A DNA stretch of 64,000 bases from a bacterium (GCA_030646955.1 JAUSKM010000035.1:3944-67943); one strand, 5' to 3'; shown: positions 27,107-36,335, counted from the first letter of the stretch. Program-made: numbers and translations. The notes: generated from the sequence alone by a model not told the origin.

Positions 27107-29455
27107 ATGGCTTGGCATCAGGTGCGCCACGTGCTTGGGCGTGTGATGATGGTGACCGCGTGCGTCGTGCTCGGCGTGTGCGGCATCGGCATTGGCGCGT
27201 CGGCCGTGCTTGTGCACCAGGCGGTGCGCGAGCTTCCGGAACTTCCGACGGTGCAGGCAGCATCGCTGGTCCAGGATGTTGTGTTCACGGATCGCGACGG
27301 GACGTTTGTCACGTCGCGTCGCGCTGCGACAGGAGACGCCAATCGTATCGTGGTGCCGTTTGCGTCGTTCCCGCAGCATCTCACGGATGCCGTCGTAGCG
27401 TCCGAGGATGCTCGCTTCTGGGAGCATCACGGCATTGATCCGATCGGTATCGCTCGTGCGATGGTGCGCGTCATCCTCCACGGAGATCGCCAGGGGGGCT
27501 CGACGATCCCGCAGCAGCTTCTGAAGCTCACAACGCTTGGCGGACGGCTCCCGCTGATCCGCAAGGTACAGGAGCTTTTGCTGGTGCAGCAGTTTGATGA
27601 GCAGCAAGGGAAGGCAGCGCTCCTGGAGCTCTACCTCAATGCGGTGTACTTGGGACACGGGAATGCCGGCGTGGAGGCCGCGGCACGCGACCTTTTTGGC
27701 GTGGGCGCTGCGGATCTCTCCGTGGCGGAGTCCGCACTGCTCGTGGGCATGATTCCGGCGCCATCAGCGACCTCGCCGTTCTGCAACGCCGATCTCGCGC
27801 GCGCGGCGCAGCATCGCGTGTTGCAGCGCATGGTGGTCACCAACGCGCTCACTGCGTCGGAAGCCGATGCGGTGCAGCGCACGAGTATCCGCATGCGGCT
27901 TGCAGACGATCGGGAAGATCCCGTTGTTGTGGCATCGGCGGTGGACGGAGCGTTGGCCATCATGGAGCACGCTCCCGGCGACCGCGTGGCGCTCACCGTG
28001 GATCTGCCACTACAGCGTGCGGCAACGTTCGCACTCGCGGACCGCCTCGAGCGGTACGCACAGCGGCGCGGTGAATACGCGGGTCCATGGTTTTCCATCC
28101 CAGGTATGGAGATCGAACGGTGGCGTGAGGCGCTCAAAGCACTCCGCGCGACGGTGCGGTCGTGGCACCCACAAGATCCGCTCGTCTACGATCTCCGTTG
28201 GCTGCGCGAGGGCGACGGGCCGGATGGTCTCTGCCGCTTTGGCGGCTCCATCCTCCGGCGCGCGTTGCCGAATGAGCGCGCGTCCGGTATCATCTTCGCG
28301 CGCGAAGCGTATGGCGCGCTGGTCGACCTTGGCGACATCGTCGGTGTTCTCGTTCCCGGCGCTGTCGCATGGACGAAGCAGCCGCTTGATGCCGTGGCGC
28401 CGATTGGCGCCGTGGTTGAGGTACAGCTGCCGGAACACTTCGCGGTGCATGGTGGGGAAGTTCTCGTGCAACTCGTCCCACGGCCGCTCGTGGAAGGAGC
28501 GGTGCTCGCGGTGGACCCGCGCGATGGTGCCATTCGTGCCGCTGTTGGCGGGTACGCGTTCGCGCATGGGGCGTTCAATCACGTCGTGCGGGCGCGTCGT
28601 CCCATCGGTTCCGCCGTCAAGCCGTTCATCTACGCAGCAGCGCTCGCCGCCGGCACGTTCAATCCACTCGCACCCGTGCGGGATGTTCCCGTGTCGTACG
28701 TGGATCCCTGGAGCGCAACGCTCTGGAAACCGGGGAATTGGTACGCCGGGTACAAGGGCGAGATGTTGGCGGTGGAGGCACTCGCGCGTTCGGTGAACAC
28801 GGTTGCGGTCCAGACGATCTTCAGCACCGGCGTCACCGCAACGGCGCGATTCATGGAGGCGTTGCACCCCGTGCAGCAGATCCCGCATGCGCCGGGTATC
28901 GCGCTTGGCGCGGTTGAGTGGACACCGCTCGTGCTCGCCGGGGCATACCTCCCGTTCGCACGCGGAGGATCAACGGTCCCCGTGCGATGGGTGGAGCAGG
29001 TGCAACGCGGCGGACAGACGTTTGTGCGACCCAGCGCCCCAGCACAGCCGCTTCTCGATGCATGGTTTGCCGGTACGATGGACTGGATGCTCCGACAGAC
29101 GGTGCAGGATCCGGCGGGGACCGGTCACGCGCTGGACGCGCTGGGCCTCTCGATCCGCGCAAAGACGGGCACGACGAACGATGCGCACGATGCATGGACG
29201 GTCGCGTACACGCCGGAGCTCCTCGTGGTGGCTTGGGTGGGGTATGATCACCCGCAGTCGCTGCGGAGCAGGGCAGGGGATGAGAGTAGTGTGACGCTGG
29301 CGCTCCCCATTGTCCGCGATGTTTTTGCAGCAGCACGTGCGCGTTCCATGCTCCAGGACACCAAGGAGCCGACGCTGGATACGCCGACACCGAAGGAGTT
29401 TGCAGCTGTGGATGCGCCGCGATCGTTTCGCGACGTCTTCAAGGAGGATGAGTGA
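27107..29455 (+). CDS. Class A penicillin-binding protein (PBP1A-like) with an inserted domain
   Basis: GT51 motifs EDARFWEHHGID, GGSTIPQQL, RKVQE, ELYLN; transpeptidase SAVK, SVN, KTGT. Confidence 0.92.
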   Translation: MAWHQVRHVLGRVMMVTACVVLGVCGIGIGASAVLVHQAVRELPELPTVQAASLVQDVVFTDRDGTFVTSRRAATGDANRIVVPFASFPQHLTDAVVASEDARFWEHHGIDPIGIARAMVRVILHGDRQGGSTIPQQLLKLTTLGGRLPLIRKVQELLLVQQFDEQQGKAALLELYLNAVYLGHGNAGVEAAARDLFGVGAADLSVAESALLVGMIPAPSATSPFCNADLARAAQHRVLQRMVVTNALTASEADAVQRTSIRMRLADDREDPVVVASAVDGALAIMEHAPGDRVALTVDLPLQRAATFALADRLERYAQRRGEYAGPWFSIPGMEIERWREALKALRATVRSWHPQDPLVYDLRWLREGDGPDGLCRFGGSILRRALPNERASGIIFAREAYGALVDLGDIVGVLVPGAVAWTKQPLDAVAPIGAVVEVQLPEHFAVHGGEVLVQLVPRPLVEGAVLAVDPRDGAIRAAVGGYAFAHGAFNHVVRARRPIGSAVKPFIYAAALAAGTFNPLAPVRDVPVSYVDPWSATLWKPGNWYAGYKGEMLAVEALARSVNTVAVQTIFSTGVTATARFMEALHPVQQIPHAPGIALGAVEWTPLVLAGAYLPFARGGSTVPVRWVEQVQRGGQTFVRPSAPAQPLLDAWFAGTMDWMLRQTVQDPAGTGHALDALGLSIRAKTGTTNDAHDAWTVAYTPELLVVAWVGYDHPQSLRSRAGDESSVTLALPIVRDVFAAARARSMLQDTKEPTLDTPTPKEFAAVDAPRSFRDVFKEDE

Positions 29456-30126
29456 TGCGCTGGATCATGCGAGTGCTCCTCGTGCTCGTCGCAACCCTCG
29501 CAGTCGGTATCATCGTTGCGGAGGTTTTTCTCGCGGATGCGTTGCCACGCGTGCAGCAGGCGCGCGTGCCGACGGTGCAGTTCGTCGACGGATTCGGCGC
29601 GCCCGCAGCATGCGCACGGACGGCGATTCCGACATCCGTGGAGGCGTTCGCAGACGCCATGGAAACAGTCGGTGCGTCAGATCCGCGCGTCTTCGTTCGT
29701 GATCAGTATCGGTGTGCGGATGGCGTGCAACGGACCGCGCTGCTCGCCATGCTCCGCAATGCGGCGCGTGCAGGCAGTGGCACTGCGCAACCGTTGCTCG
29801 ACGCGATTACCGAGGACGCATGTCGGACCATGCTCGACGCGAGCGGCACCGAGCCGTTTGCAATCGGTACGTTGGCCGCCGCGTGTGCGCTCGCCGTGCC
29901 GCGTGCGGACGGGAGCGTCGTGCGCGTCGCCACAAATGATGAGGTCGTGCGGACATTCCGTTTTGCGCAGCATCTCGCGCTCATCCGCGCTGGTACCGCG
30001 TCGCCTGATGTCATCGTGCAGTTCTGCGAGGACATCCTGCATGTCTCGCCGCGGGCCTACCTCCAGATTTCCAGCGTCTACGACGGCATCGGTGCGCTGA
30101 ACATGGCGTACTGCAAGGAAGAATAA
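29455..30126 (+). CDS. Hypothetical membrane-anchored protein
   Basis: TGATG coupling to the PBP gene; N-terminal TM; six Cys. Confidence 0.7.
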   Translation: MRWIMRVLLVLVATLAVGIIVAEVFLADALPRVQQARVPTVQFVDGFGAPAACARTAIPTSVEAFADAMETVGASDPRVFVRDQYRCADGVQRTALLAMLRNAARAGSGTAQPLLDAITEDACRTMLDASGTEPFAIGTLAAACALAVPRADGSVVRVATNDEVVRTFRFAQHLALIRAGTASPDVIVQFCEDILHVSPRAYLQISSVYDGIGALNMAYCKEE

Positions 30127-30129
30127 CCG

Positions 30130-30157
30130 CACCCCTCCCGTGTACACGGGAGGGGTG
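30130..30157. terminator. Perfect 28-bp palindrome (terminator or REP-like)
   Basis: cacccctcccgtgtacacgggaggggtg. Confidence 0.55.
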
Positions 30158-30269
30158 TTCTCATGGAATTGTATGACGCGTGGCCATGGAATGCCATACG
30201 GCGCATAGACGCTTGACGTCTTCCCCGTGCCATGCTACGGTGCAAACGCACCTTCACAAGGAGGGAGAG

Positions 30270-31496
30270 ATGATTGAGCTTTTCACGAGCGCGCTCGCTG
30301 CGCACTCGCCGTACCTCTGGGTTCTGGCGTTCGTGTCCGGCGTGGTGGCGGTTGCAACGCCATGCGTGCTTCCGATGGTTCCGGTGATCCTGGGGTTCAT
30401 CGGCGCCGGTACGGACGATGCGCGCGGTCAGGCCGCGCGCAGGGGTGGTGCATTCGTCGCGGGCATCGTCGCGACGTACTGCACCTTCGGCTTCGTCGCG
30501 GGTGCGACGGGCAGCATGGCAGGAGCAATCTTCCAGTACCCGGTCGTTCATGGCATGATGGGCGCGATGTTCATCGTGCTCGCATGCGCGATGTTCGGAG
30601 TGTATGAGCTTCAGCTTCCGTTCGCGGTGCGCCAGCGGCTTGCGTCGGTCGGCGGCGCGAGCACCATTGGCGCGTGCGGCGCTGGCGCGGCTGCGGGGCT
30701 GCTTGCACTCCCGTGCACCGGCCCGGTGCTCGCCGCGATTCTCGCGGTCGTCGGCACCGAGGGCGATGCGGTGTTTGGCGCTGGGTTGCTGGCAGTGCAT
30801 GCGATCGGCTTTGGCCTCCCGTTCTTCTGCATCGGCATCGGGGCTGCCAGTATGCCACGGCGTGGCGCATGGATGGATGCGGTGAAATGGACGCTCGGCG
30901 TTGCGCTCTGCATCTGTGCGTGGTGGTTCTTCCGCAATGCGGTGCCCACATTCCGTTCGCTGGGAGCGTCGCTCCCCATTGGTGGCGTCACGTTGCTGCT
31001 CGGAGGGGTCGCCCTCGCCATCGGTACCGTGACATTCAGGGCCACATACGAGATGCGGCGCGGCATGCGCGTGGTGCGCGGCGGAGCCGGCGTTCTGGCG
31101 ATCATGGTGGGCGCAGTGCTCGTGAACGCGCTCGCAACTTCCGCGACAGACGGATGGTGTGCGGAGGACGCATCCGGTGCTTGTCTCGCGCGTGCGTGCG
31201 ATGGCACGGGGCTTGTCGTGGTGGACTTCGGCGCGGAGTGGTGCGTCGCGTGCCACGAGCTCGACGCGACAACGCTTGCGGATGCCGCGGTCGCAGATGC
31301 GCTCGCTTCGCATGGCCGCATCCGTGTTGATGTGGATGCAGCGCCTGCAATTGCGGAGCGGTACGCGCCACGCGGCTTGCCGACCATTGCCTTCCTCGAC
31401 AGCTCCTGCAACCGCGAGGTGGGCAGAATCGAGGGGAAGGTGGATGCCGCGCAATTCCTCGACGCTCTTTACGCAGCGGAAGTCGCCATGCGATGA
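30270..31496 (+). CDS. DsbD/CcdA-type disulfide transporter with C-terminal thioredoxin domain
   Basis: TPCVLPMVP and PCTGPVL TM cysteines; GAWMDAVK; DFGAEWCVAC. Confidence 0.9.
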   Translation: MIELFTSALAAHSPYLWVLAFVSGVVAVATPCVLPMVPVILGFIGAGTDDARGQAARRGGAFVAGIVATYCTFGFVAGATGSMAGAIFQYPVVHGMMGAMFIVLACAMFGVYELQLPFAVRQRLASVGGASTIGACGAGAAAGLLALPCTGPVLAAILAVVGTEGDAVFGAGLLAVHAIGFGLPFFCIGIGAASMPRRGAWMDAVKWTLGVALCICAWWFFRNAVPTFRSLGASLPIGGVTLLLGGVALAIGTVTFRATYEMRRGMRVVRGGAGVLAIMVGAVLVNALATSATDGWCAEDASGACLARACDGTGLVVVDFGAEWCVACHELDATTLADAAVADALASHGRIRVDVDAAPAIAERYAPRGLPTIAFLDSSCNREVGRIEGKVDAAQFLDALYAAEVAMR

Positions 31497-31506
31497 TGGG
31501 AGTGCT

Positions 31507-31854
31507 ATGGCAACGCTCTACTGCTACGGATGTGCGCCGGAGCACGTCGCCGCGCTCCAATCCATCGCGCAGCGGATGCGCTACACGATCGTGGATCTCC
31601 CGGCGCTCAGCGCGATTCCTGCGGAGATGGATGATCCCGCATGTTTTGCGGTGCCCTTCAGCACGATCTTTGATCTCCTGCAGTGTCTGAAGCAGCATCC
31701 CAGCGCAACAGGGATGAAGGTGCTCACGCTGCTCCCCGCAGGGTTCCGTCGCGACGTGCAATCGGAATCCATCGACGGGTACACCGTCATCTATCTTCCA
31801 GAGGATCTCCTCGGCGACGCGCAACGCGCGTTTGCGGAGCTCCCAATGCAATAA
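31507..31854 (+). CDS. Hypothetical protein, possibly a degenerate receiver fold
   Basis: 115 aa alpha/beta; FDLLQCLKQHPSATGMKVLTL resembles receiver alpha3-beta4; no acidic pocket. Confidence 0.5.
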   Translation: MATLYCYGCAPEHVAALQSIAQRMRYTIVDLPALSAIPAEMDDPACFAVPFSTIFDLLQCLKQHPSATGMKVLTLLPAGFRRDVQSESIDGYTVIYLPEDLLGDAQRAFAELPMQ

Positions 31855-31893
31855 CCCCCCAATGATTACCATGGGGGGTTCATGTTTTCTTCT

Positions 31894-32847
31894 ATGCAGC
31901 AACAAGATCATCGTGCGCCATCAGACATGCCCGACGCTGCGCGCGCGTCGCACGAGCGTGCCCCAACGGTGCCTGATGCGGGGTCAGAGAGAAACCCGAG
32001 GACCATTTTTGAACAGCACGAGCACATCGAGCGTCCGATCCCATGGGAGGATACGCCATCGGCGCGGTTGCGCGATGCGCTTGATCTTCTCACGCCAGAG
32101 GTGCCACAGGACCTCCGTGAGCGTGCGCGCGACACAGCGTTTGCGGGTGCGCATACAGACCTCGGTGCATTGAAGGAGCTCCTCGGCAATGACGCGCTTG
32201 CCCGACGCGTTGCGACGCTCGCAGAAAAAACTGCGGGCAGAAAAACGGTAGGTGGGTCGCTCGTAGACACGGTCATAGGCGCATTCGAGGTAAGCGAGTT
32301 TCTTGAAAACAGCTTCGCCGTTGCGCGTGCGCTTCGGTGGCTTGGCGAAACGACAGGACGCACGGATCTCCATGTCGTGTATCCGGCATCGGGCGCAGAC
32401 GCGAGTGGTCTCCTTAATTACCTCGACCGTACGCCGGTCGCATCCGTGGATTGTGTGACCACCGGCGGGCCACAGGGTGCGGATGTCAAAGCACGCGCGA
32501 AAGGGCGAGAGGGGCGACTCATCCCAAAAATTATTGAAGCAGCCATCACCGATGGCGATCTTTCTGCGGGGTGTGCCGATGCGATCCTGCTCGACACCAC
32601 GGGCGTTGCTGTCACACATGGCGATGCGTTCCGGGCCATTGATCATCTCCTCGCGCCGGGCGGTATCATCGTTGCAACTGGCGCGGGGTACATGAGTAGC
32701 ATGAGCATTGTTCGTGATACCCTTGCCCGCCTCCCTGCGGATCGCTACCGTCTCGTGGGGCGCAGCGGCAATGCGTACATTATCGAGCGCATCGCAACGG
32801 CTGTACCAGCAGACGACGGTCACGATGCGACGATCGTGGGAGCGTAG
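31894..32847 (+). CDS. Hypothetical protein with SAM-methyltransferase-like C-terminal domain
   Basis: VVYPASGAD, ADAILLD, IDHLLAPGGIIV. Confidence 0.65.
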   Translation: MQQQDHRAPSDMPDAARASHERAPTVPDAGSERNPRTIFEQHEHIERPIPWEDTPSARLRDALDLLTPEVPQDLRERARDTAFAGAHTDLGALKELLGNDALARRVATLAEKTAGRKTVGGSLVDTVIGAFEVSEFLENSFAVARALRWLGETTGRTDLHVVYPASGADASGLLNYLDRTPVASVDCVTTGGPQGADVKARAKGREGRLIPKIIEAAITDGDLSAGCADAILLDTTGVAVTHGDAFRAIDHLLAPGGIIVATGAGYMSSMSIVRDTLARLPADRYRLVGRSGNAYIIERIATAVPADDGHDATIVGA

Positions 32848-32865
32848 AAGACGTGGTATTTTTGC

Positions 32866-33933
32866 ATGGATTTTCGTACTAATGATTTTGACTACGAGCT
32901 TCCGCGTGAGGCGATTGCGCAGCCGCCGGCGCGGCGGGATCGCTCGCGGATGTTGGTGCTCCGCCGGAGTGATGATGGCATGGAGCACCGGACGATACGC
33001 GATTTTCCCGCGCTGCTGGCGCCGGGGGATTGTGTCGTGCGGAATGACACCAAGGTGTTCAAGGCGCGCGTGCATGGCACCATCGAAGGAAAAAATATCG
33101 AGCTGCTGCTCGTGCGGCCGCGGTCGTACGATCTTCAGGCGCGTGGGGAGCAATCCGAGTGGCTCGTGCTCGCAAAGCCGGCGCGGCGACTTTCGGTGGG
33201 CGCGACGGTGCGTATCGACGCGATCGTCGGGAGTGTCCGAGAGCGGGAAGCGGACGGGAGCGTGTGGCTGGCATTCGACTGTAGTACGGCAGCGGTCATT
33301 GCAACCGCGAATCGCATAGGCGAGGTACCAACGCCGCCATACGTCACGGGCAGCGTGGAGCAGTTGGAGGAGTATCAGACGAGCTACGCCGCGCACGAGG
33401 GATCCGTTGCTGCGCCAACCGCGGGCTTCCATCTCACCGATCGCATGTGCCAGGAGTTGAACACAAAAGGTGTTCGTATTGTTTCGCTCACGCTCCACGT
33501 CGGCCTCGGCACGTTTCAGCCTATTCGCGCGGAGCGGCTGGCAGACCACGCCATGCACGCGGAGTGGGTGTCCATTCCGCAGGAGACCATCGAGACGATT
33601 ACAGCAACGAAGCGCGCGGGCGGCCGTGTGGTTGCCATCGGCACCACAACCCTGCGCGCATTGGAGGGCGCATGGATGGAACAAGGAGCGCTGCGACCGT
33701 TCTCTGGGCCCGTGGATTGTTTCATTATTCCCGGCCACGCGTTTCCCGTCGTGGACGCGCTGCTCACCAATTTTCATCTTCCGCGTTCGACGCTCCTCGT
33801 GTTGGTGTCTGCATTTGTCGCACCCGGGGAACGCTCCCTGCGCGGTCGCGATATGGTGCTGCGCGCGTACCGCGAGGCCTTGGCGCAGGGCTATCGTTTC
33901 TATAGCTTTGGTGATTCCATGTTTATCGCGTGA
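32866..33933 (+). CDS. queA: S-adenosylmethionine:tRNA ribosyltransferase-isomerase
   Basis: DFDYELP..IAQ, NDTKV, YQT, GSVAAPTAGFH, LHVGLGTFQP, TNFHLPRSTL, YRFYSFGD. Confidence 0.97.
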   Translation: MDFRTNDFDYELPREAIAQPPARRDRSRMLVLRRSDDGMEHRTIRDFPALLAPGDCVVRNDTKVFKARVHGTIEGKNIELLLVRPRSYDLQARGEQSEWLVLAKPARRLSVGATVRIDAIVGSVREREADGSVWLAFDCSTAAVIATANRIGEVPTPPYVTGSVEQLEEYQTSYAAHEGSVAAPTAGFHLTDRMCQELNTKGVRIVSLTLHVGLGTFQPIRAERLADHAMHAEWVSIPQETIETITATKRAGGRVVAIGTTTLRALEGAWMEQGALRPFSGPVDCFIIPGHAFPVVDALLTNFHLPRSTLLVLVSAFVAPGERSLRGRDMVLRAYREALAQGYRFYSFGDSMFIA

Positions 33934-34011
33934 TTCCGGGCGCTCGTATTGACAGCGTATCGGCGCGTGGTAATGTTCCCCGCAGCTCCTTTTCCCCCAT
34001 GGGAGGGTGTC

Positions 34012-34845
34012 ATGAGTGAGCAGGAATTCTGTCCTCGGCGTGTCGTGCTGGATATCGAGACGGTCGCGTGTCCGTTGGAGACGTTCAGTGAGCAGGAGCG
34101 CTCCTACCTCGCTGCGCGTGCAAGACAAGAGGGCGATACCGATGCTGCTGCCGAAGAGCGTGCAGCGAACGTGTTTGCGCTCTCGGCGCTCACGGCGCAG
34201 GTGGCGCTCATTGGTGCGCTCAATCCCGATACCCAGCGCGCGCGGCTCTACCTCCTGGTGCCGCCGGATGCGTCCAGTGCAGGGCAGGCGCAGTGGGATG
34301 TCGCGCGCGCGGCGAAGGATGAGATCGAGACCGCCACGGAGCGGCGTGTCGACGTCGTGCTTTCGGAGTTCGAATCCGGGCTCCTTGCAGCGTTCTGGAA
34401 GGACCTTGCGCGTTTTCAACAGGTCATCACGTTCAACGGGCGCGCTTTCGATGGTCCTTTCCTCATGTATCGCTCCATGATGTGCGATGTCGCAGCAACG
34501 CGCGATCTCGTGGGAAAGCGCTACGATGACGCGCTCATTGACTTGGCAGATCGTTTGACGTTCTTTGGTGCCACGCGTGATCGCTACACCATGGATTTCT
34601 GGTGTCGCCGACTCGGCATCGTATCGCCCAAGGAGTCCATGACCGGCGATGTGTTCGGTGAGCGTTGGCGGGCAGGGGAGCTGGAGCAGTGCTGCCGGTA
34701 CAATCTCAACGATCTCCGCGCGACCGCGCAACTCTTCGACCGGTACATCGCCGCGTTTGGGGGGATCTTCCATCTTCGTAGGAACGGCGAACCGGTGACG
34801 CCGCCCGCCGGCAATCGTACGAACGCGACAGCGAAACAGGAGTAG
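34012..34845 (+). CDS. DEDD/RNase H-like 3'-5' exonuclease, paralogue 2
   Basis: VLDIET, ITFNGRAFD, DLADRLTFFGATR, DFWC..LGI.SPK, YNLNDL. Confidence 0.85.
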   Translation: MSEQEFCPRRVVLDIETVACPLETFSEQERSYLAARARQEGDTDAAAEERAANVFALSALTAQVALIGALNPDTQRARLYLLVPPDASSAGQAQWDVARAAKDEIETATERRVDVVLSEFESGLLAAFWKDLARFQQVITFNGRAFDGPFLMYRSMMCDVAATRDLVGKRYDDALIDLADRLTFFGATRDRYTMDFWCRRLGIVSPKESMTGDVFGERWRAGELEQCCRYNLNDLRATAQLFDRYIAAFGGIFHLRRNGEPVTPPAGNRTNATAKQE

Positions 34846-34864
34846 CGCGCGCCGGACGTAACGC

Positions 34865-34890
34865 AACGACCTCGAGATATCGAGGTCGTT
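34865..34890. terminator. Hairpin upstream of the lexA promoter
   Basis: aacgacctcga-gata-tcgaggtcgtt. Confidence 0.5.
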
Positions 34891-34912
34891 TCACTTTTCC
34901 ACAGTTTGGGTA

Positions 34913-34941
34913 TTGTTGTTCGGTTTATGTTCGGGGATACT
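34913..34941 (+). promoter_or_regulatory. lexA promoter with putative LexA operator TTCGG-N6-TTCGG (34919-34934) in the spacer
   Basis: TTGTTG-N17-GATACT; direct repeat TGTTCGG-ttta-TGTTCGG lies in the usual autorepression position. Confidence 0.7.
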
Positions 34942-34992
34942 GGATAGAGACCCCCACAAATCGCTTCGTGTGCGTTGTTCCACATGCTCTCT

Positions 34993-35589
34993 ATGCCTCT
35001 CACCAAACGCCAGCGTGAAGTATTGAGCTTCATCGTGAACTACGTGCGCGAGCACGATTTCGCGCCGTCTATCAGGGAGATCGCAGATGGGTTGGGCGTG
35101 TCGTCGCCCGCGACCATCCATGAGCACCTGGAGACGCTTCGTCAAGCGGGGTGCATTGCAGGATCCGGATCGCGCGCGTGCATGCCCACGGAGCAGACGC
35201 TCGGCATGGGGCGATCGTTTGCGCTTCCGCTCCTGGGCACCATTGCAGCGGGGCGCCCCATTGAAGCGGTAGAGGAGAAAGAGACGATCGCTGTTCCTGC
35301 GGACTTTGTGGTGGATGGATTGAACTCCTATGTGCTCCGGGTGCAAGGCGATTCCATGATTGAGGAAGGAATCTTTGACGGCGACTACGTTGTCGTCGAG
35401 CGTAATCCATCCCCCCGCGATGGCCAAGTTATCGTCGCGCTCCTCAACAACGATCACGCCACGCTCAAGAAGTTCTACCGCGAGCGCACCCGTATCCGTC
35501 TTGAGCCAGCCAACGCAACGATGAAGCCGATTTTTGTTCGAGATTGTATCGTGCAGGGAGTCGTCCGCGCCGTTATGCGGAGGTACTAA
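34993..35589 (+). CDS. lexA: SOS repressor LexA
   Basis: LTKRQREVL, PSIREIA HTH, Ala-Gly cleavage site IAAG, catalytic Ser (GDSM) and Lys (TLKK). Confidence 0.96.
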   Translation: MPLTKRQREVLSFIVNYVREHDFAPSIREIADGLGVSSPATIHEHLETLRQAGCIAGSGSRACMPTEQTLGMGRSFALPLLGTIAAGRPIEAVEEKETIAVPADFVVDGLNSYVLRVQGDSMIEEGIFDGDYVVVERNPSPRDGQVIVALLNNDHATLKKFYRERTRIRLEPANATMKPIFVRDCIVQGVVRAVMRRY

Positions 35590-35610
35590 GCAGTGGTACG
35601 ATATTTTTCT

Positions 35611-35878
35611 ATGGCCTCACTGCAATTCAAGGGAAAGGGGATCGATGTCGGAGCGGGGGAAGGCGGTTGATGCGCTGTATGTCATCGAGACAAAAGGCGA
35701 GCATGTAATTGGCGATATTGATACCCAATACAAAGAAGCACTCGCCGCGCTCTGCAATCAAGAAGCCAAAAAGGCCGACCCACGAAAGCTCTCCCTGGCG
35801 ATCGCGCAAATTCCACTCCATTGCAGTGTGCTCAAGCAGAGCGAGTGGGAGCGGCGGCTTAATGAGGTGTTTGGGTAA
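35611..35878 (+). pseudogene. Type III restriction-modification remnant: Mod-like N-terminal stub plus Res-like C-terminal fragment
   Basis: MASLQFKGK (stop at 35670) resembles type III Mod N-termini; overlapping frame YVIETKGEH..DTQYK..LCN..EWERRLN resembles the Res nuclease tail. Confidence 0.6.
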
Positions 35879-35880
35879 GT

Positions 35881-36102
35881 ATGAAAACGAGGAGTACCGT
35901 AGGATTGGTTGCGCTCGGCATTTTGGTGACCGGGATTGTGTTATGGTACGGTGCGATGCATGTGACGCGGTGTTACTGGCGGGTGTGCGGGATAGATTGC
36001 GGGTTTAGTGATACAGTCGTTGTCATCGACAACGGAGAGATACGAATGGAAGATGCTCCAGGACTTTGGCAGACTGTGGCCAGGGAAAATTTTTGTTTCT
36101 GA
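35881..36102 (+). CDS. Small hypothetical membrane protein
   Basis: 73 aa; one TM; visibly lower GC than the flanks. Confidence 0.5.
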   Translation: MKTRSTVGLVALGILVTGIVLWYGAMHVTRCYWRVCGIDCGFSDTVVVIDNGEIRMEDAPGLWQTVARENFCF

Positions 36103-36123
36103 AGCGTCAGGGTCCGTGCATGT

Positions 36124-36326
36124 GAGATTGCCGCATCGCGGGCTCCTCCGACGTTCCAAGTCAAGAGGAAGTAGCCGGAGTCCCGAATTGGTTTCGGGGC
36201 TTGCAATGACGAGAGGACGGAGGGGCGTGTGAGATTTTTCGCGGAGTCTGTCCTGGTGAGCCGACCGCAGGGAGTCCTGAGCGCAGCGAAGGAGCTGGCC
36301 GCGAGTCGAACGGGTTCGAAATGACG
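36124..36326. repeat. Two tandem CGTC-type repeat units with nested sub-elements
   Basis: gagattgc...gcaatgacg (36124-36211) and gagattttt...tcgaaatgacg (36231-36326), matching the right arms of the 2570 and 2685 elements; inner gtcctgagcgcagcgaagga. Confidence 0.65.
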
Positions 36327-36335
36327 GGTGTTCGT

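Noticed and set aside
19770-31854. Integrated prophage or ICE at tRNA-Asn
   Set aside because: No integrase, phage or conjugation gene and no duplicated tRNA 3' end seen; ordinary genes such as the NUDIX hydrolase are interspersed.
31984-34866. 960-aa minus-strand ORF, and other long antisense ORFs (17500-18960, 43177-44907, 24312-25859, 9553-10983)
   Set aside because: They are shadows of well-supported plus-strand genes in GC-rich DNA, have R/A/H-biased composition and show no motifs.
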